A stretch of 64,000 nucleotides of DNA, taken from contig CALVEI010000001.1 of assembly GCA_944326515.1 (NCBI GenBank), positions 73,604-137,603 on the forward strand, written 5' to 3'. The notes under the pieces were generated by a model. That model did not search any database. It worked only from the letters and a program-made list of their open reading frames with translations, and was not told the DNA's origin. Shown here in pieces: positions 36,108-44,904 of this stretch (position 1 is its first letter; every line of letters begins with the position of its first letter). This stretch comes from Candidatus Gastranaerophilales bacterium (GTDB lineage Bacteria; Cyanobacteriota; Vampirovibrionia; Gastranaerophilales; Gastranaerophilaceae). Position numbers and translations under genes: made by a program.

Positions 36108-37091
36108 ATGAAACAGCCAAAAAAAATATTAGCGCTTAATTTTGGCGGTATAGGGGACGAAATCCTCTTTTTACCGGCTTTGTCGAGTCTTAAAAAAGAG
36201 TATCCTGATGCCAAAATTACACTAGCTTTGGAGCCGAGAAGCAAATCGGTTAAAGACCTTTCAAATTTAATATATGACGTTATTTGTGTTGATATTAAAG
36301 GCAAACACAAATACTGGGAACTGTTTAAGTTCTTGTGCAAAGCCCGCATGGGTAAGTTTGATATGGTGTTTTCTTCTGGCGCAAACCAACTTATCCCTGT
36401 ATTGTTGTTTTTAACAGGTATTACATACAGATATGGCTATGAAAGTGGTGCATTGAGCAGAATTCTACTAACAAAAGCCGTTAAGCTCAAAAAGAATCAG
36501 TATGCCTCTGCAATGTATCATGAGCTTGTTACACCTGTTACTGATATAAAAACACTTTACCCTGAGATTGATGCGGGAGAAATTGAAAAAGAGCCTAACT
36601 CTGTATTAATTCACCCTGGGGTTAGCAAAATGAGTGTTATAAAAAACATGGTTAAGACTTGGACTCCTGATATTTGGGCGGAGTTGGTAAAAAAAGTTCT
36701 TGATACTGGTAAAAAAGTCTATTTAATAGGCGGCCCTGATGATAAAGAATGTATTGAAAAAATTGTTGAAATAATTGGCGAAAGACCAAATTTTGAAAAC
36801 CTTTACGGCACAACAAAGAACATAATGGATTTAGCTCGTCTGACAAAACGTGCTGAGGTGCTTATTTGTTCGGATTCTGCACCTATGCACATAGGTGTTG
36901 GCGTTGGTACAAAAACATTGGCGTTGTTCGGGCCTACTGATGAAAAGAAGTTAATACCAAACGACGAAAAGTTTATTGCCATTAAAAACAATTGTGACTG
37001 TCGTCCCTGCTTGTGGGATAAACGTCAAACCACATGTGATGAGCTAAAATGCTTAAAGATTGATTTGGATGAAGTTGTTAAAATGATATAG
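36108..37091 (+). CDS. Glycosyltransferase family 9 (LPS heptosyltransferase-like)
   Basis: ILALNFGGIGDEILFLPAL start and C-terminal GPDDKE...CSDSAPMHIGVGVGT...LFGPT, typical of GT9. Confidence 0.8.
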   Translation: MKQPKKILALNFGGIGDEILFLPALSSLKKEYPDAKITLALEPRSKSVKDLSNLIYDVICVDIKGKHKYWELFKFLCKARMGKFDMVFSSGANQLIPVLLFLTGITYRYGYESGALSRILLTKAVKLKKNQYASAMYHELVTPVTDIKTLYPEIDAGEIEKEPNSVLIHPGVSKMSVIKNMVKTWTPDIWAELVKKVLDTGKKVYLIGGPDDKECIEKIVEIIGERPNFENLYGTTKNIMDLARLTKRAEVLICSDSAPMHIGVGVGTKTLALFGPTDEKKLIPNDEKFIAIKNNCDCRPCLWDKRQTTCDELKCLKIDLDEVVKMI

Positions 37092-37095
37092 AAAT

Positions 37096-37130
37096 AAAAA
37101 AGGAACTTTAAATCTAAAGTTCCTTTTTTT
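37096..37130. terminator. Bidirectional Rho-independent terminator between the GT9 gene and rpmE
   Basis: AGGAACTTTA / TAAAGTTCCT 10-bp stem with a 4-nt loop. An A-run precedes it and a T-run follows. Confidence 0.75.
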
Positions 37131-37152
37131 AATACTTTTAAGATAAAACAAA

Positions 37153-37353
37153 CTATTTTTGTTCGTATCTTTTTTTGAATCTTTCAACTCTACCTTCAGT
37201 ATCCATGATTTTTTGGTTACCAGTGTAGAACGGATGGCATTTGTTGCAGATTTCAACAGTGATGTTTTCTTCGATAGAACCTGTTTCGATTTCGTTGCCG
37301 CAAACGCATTTGATTTTCATTTTTTTATATTCAGGATGAATATCTTTTTTCAT
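37153..37353 (-). CDS. rpmE: 50S ribosomal protein L31
   Basis: MKKDIHPEY..., CxC...CxxC, HPFYTG. Start chosen for RBS spacing (AAGGGA 9 nt upstream). Confidence 0.9.
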   Translation of the reverse strand: MKKDIHPEYKKMKIKCVCGNEIETGSIEENITVEICNKCHPFYTGNQKIMDTEGRVERFKKRYEQK

Positions 37354-37580
37354 TTTGGTCATTCCCTTCTGTATGATTTGCTTAGTAGTTAAATTTTAGA
37401 CTGCTGAAAAATTATTATCAAGTTTTTTTGTGGTAATATTAAAGTGTGTGAAGGGCATTTGTTGCTTTCAAATGGTGATAAAAGCCCGCCCCCCTTCTAA
37501 ATCGCCTTTTAACGCTTTTAAACATGTGTTGCTTTTTCGTTGTCAGGCGTGACGAAGAACCATAATGAGGATTTAATACT

Positions 37581-39350
37581 ATGAAAATGTCAAAATTATT
37601 TGTACAAACATTAAGAGAATTTCCTTCTGACGCAGAGGTTATAAGCCACAAATTGCTGGTCAGAGCAGGTTATATAAGAAAACTCGCTCAAGGTGTTTAC
37701 AACTATATGCCTTTGATGTGGAGAGTTTTAAAGAAAGTTGAAAATATTGTTAGAGATGAGATGGACGCAGCAGGCGCACAAGAAATGTTGATGCCTTTTG
37801 TTCAACCTGAAGAACTCTGGCAAGAATCAGGCAGATGGAATGTTTACGGAAAAGAGTTGATGCGTCTTAAAGACCGCCATGGACGCGGAATGTGTCTTGG
37901 ACCAACACACGAAGAAGTTATTACTTCTGTTGCAAGAGAAGGTATCAAGTCTTACAAACAATTGCCTGTGAATTTATATCAAATTCAATCAAAATTCCGT
38001 GACGAAGTTCGTCCGAGATACGGTCTTTTAAGAGGTCGTGAGTTTATCATGAAAGATGCATACAGCTTTGATTCTTCTCAGGAAGGTTTGGAAAAATCTT
38101 ATGCTGATATGGCAGAAGCTTACTACAAAATTTTTGACCGTTGCGGGTTAGAAACAAAAGCTGTTCAGTCAGATTCCGGCGCAATAGGCGGTGCTGTTTC
38201 TCACGAATATATGGTTTTGATTGATGATACAGAAAACAATGCAGGCGAAAACGACGTATTTTTTTGTAAGAATAAATCTTGCGGATACGCTGCTAATGCA
38301 AACCATGCTGTTTCTGTTTTGGAAGATGCCGATATTGACGGTGCAAAATTTGGTTTCAACGAGTTTAAAAAAGTTGATACGCCAAATACAACAACTATTG
38401 AAGAACTTGCTAAATTCCTCAATATCCCGGCAACAGTTATTATGAAATCAATGATTTATGTTGCAGATAACAAGATTGTTATGGCATTAATCAGAGCAGA
38501 CAAGACTTTTGAAGAAACAAAAGTTATGAACGCTGTTGGTGCTAATGAAATCAGAAGTGCTGCTCCTGCTGAACTAGAAGCAATTTTTGGTGCAAGCAAA
38601 GGTTTTGTAGGCCCTAAAGATATTGAACAGGTAAAAATCCCTGAAGAATATGAAGGTGAAAAAATTATCGTAGTAGCCGATCTTACTGCTCAAGATATGA
38701 AAAACTTTGTAATAGGTGCTAATGAAACAGACAAACACTTTGTCGGTGTAAATTGGTCTGATTTGAATGCTCCTATTTTTGCAGACATAAGACTTGTTGA
38801 AGCTGGCGAAAAATGTCCTGATTGCGGTGAACCTTTGTATGTAACAAAAGGTATTGAGGTTGGTAATATTTTTCAACTCGGTACAAAGTATTCAAAAGCA
38901 ATGAACGCTGTTTATCTTGACGAAAACGGCAAAACGCAACCGTTTATAATGGGTTGTTACGGTATAGGTATTTCAAGAACTGCAGCTGCTGCTGTTGAAC
39001 GTCACCACGATGAGTGGGGTATTAAATGGCCTATTTCGATTGCTCCTTATCATGTTGATATTGTTCCTGTTAATATTCAGGATGAATTGCAGATGAAAGT
39101 TGCAGAAGAGCTCTATGCACAACTTCTTGATAAAAAGGTTGAAGCAGTTTTGGATGACCGTGATGAACGTGCCGGTGTAAAATTCAAAGACGCAGATTTA
39201 ATAGGTTTTCCATTCAGAATTACTGTTGGTAAAACTATCAACGAAGGTTTTGTGGAATTTAAAGTTAGAGAAACAGGCGAAGTCTTCAAAGTAAAACCTG
39301 AAGAAGCTGTTGAAAAAATTGTTGAATACGTAAAACCTTATATTAAATAA
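37581..39350 (+). CDS. proS: Prolyl-tRNA synthetase (bacterial type with editing insertion)
   Basis: MSKLFVQTLREFPSDAEVISHKLLVRAGYIRKL, class II motifs, and a C-terminal anticodon-binding domain. Confidence 0.95.
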   Translation: MKMSKLFVQTLREFPSDAEVISHKLLVRAGYIRKLAQGVYNYMPLMWRVLKKVENIVRDEMDAAGAQEMLMPFVQPEELWQESGRWNVYGKELMRLKDRHGRGMCLGPTHEEVITSVAREGIKSYKQLPVNLYQIQSKFRDEVRPRYGLLRGREFIMKDAYSFDSSQEGLEKSYADMAEAYYKIFDRCGLETKAVQSDSGAIGGAVSHEYMVLIDDTENNAGENDVFFCKNKSCGYAANANHAVSVLEDADIDGAKFGFNEFKKVDTPNTTTIEELAKFLNIPATVIMKSMIYVADNKIVMALIRADKTFEETKVMNAVGANEIRSAAPAELEAIFGASKGFVGPKDIEQVKIPEEYEGEKIIVVADLTAQDMKNFVIGANETDKHFVGVNWSDLNAPIFADIRLVEAGEKCPDCGEPLYVTKGIEVGNIFQLGTKYSKAMNAVYLDENGKTQPFIMGCYGIGISRTAAAAVERHHDEWGIKWPISIAPYHVDIVPVNIQDELQMKVAEELYAQLLDKKVEAVLDDRDERAGVKFKDADLIGFPFRITVGKTINEGFVEFKVRETGEVFKVKPEEAVEKIVEYVKPYIK

Positions 39351-39370
39351 CGTTACAAAATCTATATATA

Positions 39371-39409
39371 AGAAGGTGATTATGGCAAGTAATCACCTTC
39401 TTTGTTTTT
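39371..39409 (+). terminator. Rho-independent terminator after proS
   Basis: AGAAGGTGATTA / TAATCACCTTCT 12-bp stem, 7-nt loop, then TTGTTTTTG. Confidence 0.75.
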
Positions 39410-39425
39410 GTATGGATGGATGAAA

Positions 39426-39881
39426 TTACTCAACAATAAGTTTTTTATTGTTGTTTTCTTCTTTTTTCATTTTTGGTGCTTCTATTCTTAAAACACCGTG
39501 TTCAAGTTTTGCTTTTGTATTTTCTGTATCAATGTCTTCAGAGAAGTAAACTGTTCTTGAAAATTCACCGTATTGGAATTCTGATTTTTTATATGTTTTT
39601 GTGTTTTCTTCTTTTTCTTCTTCTTTTTTTGCATTGATTGTTATGTAAGATTTATCCATATCTATATCTAAATCTTCTTTTTTAACTCCGGGAAGTTCTG
39701 CTTTTATTTCAAAGCGGTCTTCTTTTTCTTTGATTTCTACAGGCATCATCAATTTATCTGCATCATCGGCATATCTGTAATCAGGATATAGATTGTCGAA
39801 GTTTTTGCTTAAAATTGAACTGATTTCGTCGTTAACTGATTTCAAAAAGCTGTCAGGTGTTTTCTTTATTAAAAATCTCAT
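39426..39881 (-). CDS. Small heat-shock protein, Hsp20/alpha-crystallin family
   Basis: Alpha-crystallin domain: MPVEIKEKEDRFEIKAELPGVKKEDLDIDM...GVLRIEAPK. Confidence 0.9.
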   Translation of the reverse strand: MRFLIKKTPDSFLKSVNDEISSILSKNFDNLYPDYRYADDADKLMMPVEIKEKEDRFEIKAELPGVKKEDLDIDMDKSYITINAKKEEEKEENTKTYKKSEFQYGEFSRTVYFSEDIDTENTKAKLEHGVLRIEAPKMKKEENNNKKLIVE

Positions 39882-39902
39882 AATTAACTCCTTTCAATTT
39901 TT

Positions 39903-40033
39903 AATCTAGTGTCGTCTTTTCAATGTGTCGCTCACCTACACTTAACTTCGTTAAGTTTTGGAGACAGGCTCACCAGCATCGCCACAGCTCTGCTGTTCAC
40001 TTTGTCAAAAAATTTGCTCACGTTCCTTATCGC
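39903..40033 (-). repeat. GC/purine-rich leader repeat element ending in CGACACTAGATT (copy C, long variant) in the hsp20 5' region
   Basis: Minus strand reads GCGATAAGGAACGTGAGCAAATTTTTTGA...ACTTAACGAAGTTAAGT hairpin...GTAGGTGAGCGACAC...GACGACACTAGATT. It ends about 20 nt before the hsp20 ATG. Confidence 0.65.
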
Positions 40034-40237
40034 AAATTTTTCTCGAACATTTTAATCTTCATTTCCTTCAACACCTACATTATTGCTCTGATTTTTATTT
40101 ACCTTTCGTTTTTTAACAAAAATTTAACAATTAAGATTTTTGTAAAATTCTGTTAAAGATGTACAATGTTTTGAAAAAAGTTTTAAAAATATGTTTTTAA
40201 ATAGTTAAAGCCATCAAAGAAGTGTAAAGAAGAATTC

Positions 40238-40582
40238 GTGACAAAAATTAGAACAGCAAGAATAGTGATGCCTTTAAGAGGTCTTCCCGTTTCGACAACA
40301 GCTATCAGAGCAGAAATTGCAGAAATAAGATATCAGGAACAAATTGGTCTTATTTCTAAAGAAGAAGCTGATATGAAAGTACAAATGTTAGAGGCTAAAA
40401 TTGACGAGATTGAAAATTCTCCTGTAATGGAAACTCAACCTCAGCAAGTTGAATCAACACCTGATGATTCTTTGCCTGAATTTAATGAAGACTCGCAAAA
40501 CGAGAGTGATGATGATACTTTGAGTAGTGATGATTATTTTTCACAACAAGCTCAAAATAACAGGGCTTTTCATAATATTTAG
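40238..40582 (+). CDS. Hypothetical acidic protein (GTG start, alternative Met at 40268)
   Basis: 114-aa ORF with a coiled-coil-like N-terminus and a D/E/S/Q-rich tail. No motif recognised. Confidence 0.4.
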   Translation: MTKIRTARIVMPLRGLPVSTTAIRAEIAEIRYQEQIGLISKEEADMKVQMLEAKIDEIENSPVMETQPQQVESTPDDSLPEFNEDSQNESDDDTLSSDDYFSQQAQNNRAFHNI

Positions 40583-41137
40583 TTACCAATTTTTGTATTT
40601 GTAAATTCTTTCAAATGCTATTTTAGGATCTGTTGCTGCTATTTTAACTAATTGTCTTTTGGTTGGATTGATTATGCATAAGTTTTCACTGCAATTTTGT
40701 ATAAGATAATTTTCAACACAGTCATTTGTTCCTGCTTTATTGCAGGTGACTAGAGTTGTATGCTCTTGTGGTGAAGGGTAGTATCTGTAAATGTATTTTA
40801 GTTCGGGATACTTGCTCATCATACTTTCTAAATCTGCCAAAAAAGCGTTGGATTCTGTGCAGTTTTCCAAATATGCATAGTAAATTATTTTTTGTCTTGA
40901 AGTTAAAAAGCCTGCTAAATTGTCACTGGTAAGAGTGTTTTTATAAATTCTCTCAGGGATATTGCTAACACCTTTTATTCCGATTTTCTTTTTTTGTAGA
41001 GCCTTTTTTTCTGCCTTTGTAAGTGGTCTGTCGGGTACAATGGTATTTCCGTTGCTGTTCACTGCATACAAAAATGCAACAATTATTATGAGTGCTATAA
41101 ATTTGGCAAGAGAATGATTGCCTGATTTTACGGTCAT
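40583..41137 (-). CDS. Hypothetical membrane-anchored, Cys-rich protein
   Basis: 184 aa with an N-terminal TM segment (FIALIIIVAFLYAV) and several Cys in the C-terminal domain. Confidence 0.5.
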   Translation of the reverse strand: MTVKSGNHSLAKFIALIIIVAFLYAVNSNGNTIVPDRPLTKAEKKALQKKKIGIKGVSNIPERIYKNTLTSDNLAGFLTSRQKIIYYAYLENCTESNAFLADLESMMSKYPELKYIYRYYPSPQEHTTLVTCNKAGTNDCVENYLIQNCSENLCIINPTKRQLVKIAATDPKIAFERIYKYKNW

Positions 41138-41324
41138 TAAAACTACCCTGTTATTTAATACAGTACTATTTTGCCATACATAATTTTATTTATACAAATT
41201 GTAATAATTTCTTTACCAAACTATTTTTAACAGCGATAAAAAAATACTTTTTATGGTAGAGTGGTTGTGTGTGTCTTTTTGGCATTTACACAAAAAAGCT
41301 GACAGGATAGTGAAAGGAATTAAG

Positions 41325-41966
41325 ATGAGTAAATTCAATTTGTTAGCATACATTCTGCCTCCGGAAGAAAAAGTTTTTTATTCACTTTTTGAAGAAAGTG
41401 CACAAGTTTGTCACGATGTAGCAACTTTATATAAAGATATAGTAACAAGTGCTTTGACTGATGAGCATGTTATTAATGCCAAAAGATTGAAACACAAAAG
41501 CAATGATTTATTAAAAGAAACTTTGCATCAGTTGAATGTCACTTTAATTACTCCTATTGATAGAGAAGATATTCAGTCTATTGCTTCTTTACTTAATAAA
41601 ATTACTAAAAGAATTGTTAAAGCTTCATTAAACCTTAAAGTTTACAGACTTGGTACTTTTACTGAAAATATGCAAAAACAGGCACAAACATTGTATCAAG
41701 CAACAGAAGAATTGAAAATTATTATTCATAACTTTAAAAAATCAAGTTCTATAAAAGAAATGACAGAAACTAACCTGAAGATGAAAGAAATTGAATCTTA
41801 TGGGGATGAAATCCACTATCACGCAATCGATGAGCTTTTCTCAGGCAAATATGATGCACTAACAGTTATCAAGTTGAGAGATATTCATAAAGATATCGAA
41901 AATGCTTTAGATAGCTGTTTTTCTGTATCAGATGCTGTTGTTAACGTTGTATTAAAACAAAGTTAA
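41325..41966 (+). CDS. DUF47-family (PhoU-like) phosphate-transport accessory protein
   Basis: Helical 213-aa protein, FYSLFEESAQ...DREDIQSIA...HYHAIDELF...IHKDIENALD. It lies directly upstream of a PiT transporter, the classic pairing. Confidence 0.8.
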   Translation: MSKFNLLAYILPPEEKVFYSLFEESAQVCHDVATLYKDIVTSALTDEHVINAKRLKHKSNDLLKETLHQLNVTLITPIDREDIQSIASLLNKITKRIVKASLNLKVYRLGTFTENMQKQAQTLYQATEELKIIIHNFKKSSSIKEMTETNLKMKEIESYGDEIHYHAIDELFSGKYDALTVIKLRDIHKDIENALDSCFSVSDAVVNVVLKQS

Positions 41967-42004
41967 CGGTTTTTAGTCGGATTAGTCGAGAGAAAGAGAA
42001 TTAT

Positions 42005-43018
42005 ATGACAGTTTCAATAGTATTGTTAGTTCTGGTAATAGTCGGTGCGCTGGTATTTGAATATATTAACGGATTTCATGATGCGGCGAACGCAATTGCA
42101 ACTGTAGTTTCTACTAAAGTTCTTACACCGAGACAGGCTGTTGTATATGGTGCAGTGTTGGAGTTTACAGGTGCTTTAACAGGTACTCACGTAGCCAAAA
42201 CTATCGGTGCAGGTATCATTGATCCTTCTACAATCACATTGCATGTTATATTTTGTGCTTTGTGTGCAGCTATTATTTGGAACTTGATAACTTGGTTTTT
42301 TGGTCTACCTTCAAGTTCTTCTCACGCATTGATAGGTGGCTTGATTGGTGCTGCTGTTGTTAATGCCGGTTGGGGTTGTGTAAGATTTTTGGAGCTAGCT
42401 GATAAAGTTATTGCTCCAATGTTTATGGCTCCTTTAATCGGATTTTTTACAGGTTTGATTGTTATGGCAATTCTTTTAAGAATTTTTTATAAAGCTAATC
42501 CTGATAAAATTAACAGAAGATTTAGAAGATGCCAAATATTTTCTGCAGGTTTGATGGCGTTAAGCCACGGCTCAAATGATGCTCAAAAGACAATGGGTAT
42601 TATTACTCTTGCACTTTTGGCAGGTGGAATTATAAAAGGTGGTTCTGACGGTTCGTTTGAGATACCTGTATATGTAATTCTTGCTTGTGCAACTGTTATG
42701 TGTTGCGGTGTTATGTCAGGCGGTTGGAAAATTATTAAAACCATGGGTAGCAAGATTATTAAATTAAAACCGATTAACGGTTTTGCTGCAGAATCTTCAG
42801 CTGCTTCAATTATCTTGTTAGCGTCTCATTTTGGTGTCCCACTAAGTACAACTCACGTAATCTCTACTGCTATTATGGGTGTTGGTACAACTTATAAAGC
42901 ACATGCAGTAAAATGGGGTGTTATCGGAAATATCGTATGGGCTTGGGTTTTGACAATACCTGTTTGCATAATGATTTCCGGAACAATCTTTGCGTTGTAT
43001 AAATTCTTTATTTTATAA
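42005..43018 (+). CDS. Inorganic phosphate transporter, PiT family
   Basis: NGFHDAANAIATVVST and HGSNDAQKTMGII signature repeats. Polytopic. Confidence 0.9.
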   Translation: MTVSIVLLVLVIVGALVFEYINGFHDAANAIATVVSTKVLTPRQAVVYGAVLEFTGALTGTHVAKTIGAGIIDPSTITLHVIFCALCAAIIWNLITWFFGLPSSSSHALIGGLIGAAVVNAGWGCVRFLELADKVIAPMFMAPLIGFFTGLIVMAILLRIFYKANPDKINRRFRRCQIFSAGLMALSHGSNDAQKTMGIITLALLAGGIIKGGSDGSFEIPVYVILACATVMCCGVMSGGWKIIKTMGSKIIKLKPINGFAAESSAASIILLASHFGVPLSTTHVISTAIMGVGTTYKAHAVKWGVIGNIVWAWVLTIPVCIMISGTIFALYKFFIL

Positions 43019-43020
43019 AA

Positions 43021-43248
43021 TTATTCGTCAAACCCATAAAGGGATACTCTGATATCTGCAATTTTGTGTTTAACAGTTTTTAATTTGGTTTTTAAGATGT
43101 GTGATAAAGCAAGTATATCTTGCTTTTTCACATTGTCATTGTCTAAATCAAGGTAATACAGTATGTTTGCAATACTCGAACAGTCTGAAATTTCTCCTGA
43201 AAGGACAGAGAGTTCTTTTCTTGTATTGATTTTTTGTGCTTGATGCAT
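43021..43248 (-). CDS. Hypothetical small protein
   Basis: 75-aa ORF, divergent from the small HTH gene. No motif. Confidence 0.35.
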   Translation of the reverse strand: MHQAQKINTRKELSVLSGEISDCSSIANILYYLDLDNDNVKKQDILALSHILKTKLKTVKHKIADIRVSLYGFDE

Positions 43249-43394
43249 TTTTTTACCTTTATTAAGTTATTTAAATTGTTAATAGCAGTTTTATACTATT
43301 TATAGTCGTTTTACGCTGATATTTTACGATTAATCTTAATTAATGTCAACTATCCTGCAAAAAGTTAGAATAATAGCATAAAAGGGAGAAGTAT

Positions 43395-43601
43395 ATGACT
43401 ATTAGAAATAAAATTAAAGCGTTGCTTGCCAGTGAAGATTTAACCATGAAAGCTGTCGCATATGAGCTTTCAAAAAGAAAAAACAAAAAAATTACCCTTG
43501 ATACATTATCTAAAAAACTTGTTAAAGATACTATCAAGTACAGAGAAGTTGAAGAAATATTAGATGTGTTAGGTTATAAAATTACAATAGAAAAAATTTA
43601 A
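43395..43601 (+). CDS. Small helix-turn-helix DNA-binding protein (XRE/Cro-like)
   Basis: 68 aa. IRNKIKALLASEDLTMKAVAYELSK...TLSKKL...EILDVLGY resembles short HTH regulators. RBS AAGGGAG. Confidence 0.5.
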   Translation: MTIRNKIKALLASEDLTMKAVAYELSKRKNKKITLDTLSKKLVKDTIKYREVEEILDVLGYKITIEKI

Positions 43602-43708
43602 GAATAACTCACTAGGTGGGCTTGAATATTTATTTTAAAGTGATTTAATTAGCATGCAAATGCGAATTTTCTGCATTGTTGTTTTTTATTTTAACAAGGA
43701 TATGTCTA

Positions 43709-44773
43709 ATGCCAATATTACCCGTTTCTTCATTCAAAAGCGGTGCTAAAGTTTTTGGGAAATACCTCGATCAACCTGCGTTGGTTGAAAAATTATATGA
43801 TGCTATGCCTGCAGTATTAACAGGGGCTGCAGTCGGATACGGTATGTATGACACAATGCAGGCTCCAAAAGAACAACGTAAAAAAAGAGCTGTAAAAAAT
43901 ACTTCGGTACTTGGCTTTACGGTTGCATCAGCGTTGCTTGCTACAAGAGGTTTGAAGATAAAAGGCAAACAAATTTTTGAAGGTATTATTGAACTGCCCG
44001 AAAAAGACAGTGAAGGTTTAAAAGAAGTTTTGCTAAAACCGCTAAGTCAAAAAGCCAAAGCAATGGTTGAAAGGGTAGAAGAAGATAAAGTTCTTAAATT
44101 TAAAGAAGTAAAAGAACTTATGCAAGAATTTAAAAATGATTTAAAAGATGAAAATCTTATATCAAAAGTTATTCCTGATGCAGAAAGCGAAGCACCTTTT
44201 GCAGATTTGTTAAAGCTTTCATGGCTTGGCTTAATACCTGTGTTAGGTGGTATAGCAGGAGGAGTTGTCGGGGATAAACTTGTTAAAGACGACTGGAAAA
44301 AACAGTTTCCTGACAAAGTAAAAGAAGGTACTTATCAATATCTTAATAACATCGCTCTTTGTAATGTAGGTGCAGGTCTTGGTGCTTTAACAATGAATGT
44401 ATTGAATGTTAAATCTAAAACAGCAAGATTTGCTGCAATGATGACGGGTGTTTTAGGGGTTGGTCTTGTTGCAGGCAGCGCTATAGCGAACTTTATTGGT
44501 AAGAATTACATTAATCCTTTGTTTGATAAAAATAAAAAGGTTGAACATAAATCATTTAAAGAAATGGTAAAAAATCTTAATTCCGAAAGACATCCCGAAG
44601 CTTTAGACGTAAGTTTGCATCTTGATGATGTCGCTTCTGTAGGGTTTGTATCGGGGTTGAAGTGGATTGGTCCTGTTTTGCCTATGTTGTACTCAGTTTC
44701 TGCATACAGAGCAGGCATAGGTTACAGAAACGGGCGTGTTGAACCTTCAAAAACGGAAAAAGTTAACAATTAA
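43709..44773 (+). CDS. Hypothetical membrane protein
   Basis: Start at the Met preceded by AAGGA. Gly/Ala-rich hydrophobic segments surround a charged coiled-coil-like central region. Confidence 0.55.
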   Translation: MPILPVSSFKSGAKVFGKYLDQPALVEKLYDAMPAVLTGAAVGYGMYDTMQAPKEQRKKRAVKNTSVLGFTVASALLATRGLKIKGKQIFEGIIELPEKDSEGLKEVLLKPLSQKAKAMVERVEEDKVLKFKEVKELMQEFKNDLKDENLISKVIPDAESEAPFADLLKLSWLGLIPVLGGIAGGVVGDKLVKDDWKKQFPDKVKEGTYQYLNNIALCNVGAGLGALTMNVLNVKSKTARFAAMMTGVLGVGLVAGSAIANFIGKNYINPLFDKNKKVEHKSFKEMVKNLNSERHPEALDVSLHLDDVASVGFVSGLKWIGPVLPMLYSVSAYRAGIGYRNGRVEPSKTEKVNN

Positions 44774-44904
44774 AACTCTTGTATAAGTATTTTTTATAAA
44801 AGTATTAAGTTTTTTAAACAAAAGTATAAAATTTGCTGTTTTACTATAAAGTTTTTATTCGTGCATGCCGATAATAAATGTACGGAAGTTAATAGGATAC
44901 AGCC

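Noticed and set aside
37363-37580. Possible T-box or other riboswitch leader upstream of proS, and an ORF at 37439..37651 (minus strand)
   Set aside because: No T-box consensus, specifier-loop geometry or terminator/antiterminator pair was found. The ORF overlaps the proS start and has no coding features. Only a short GGCGTGACGAAGAAC fragment resembles the repeat family.
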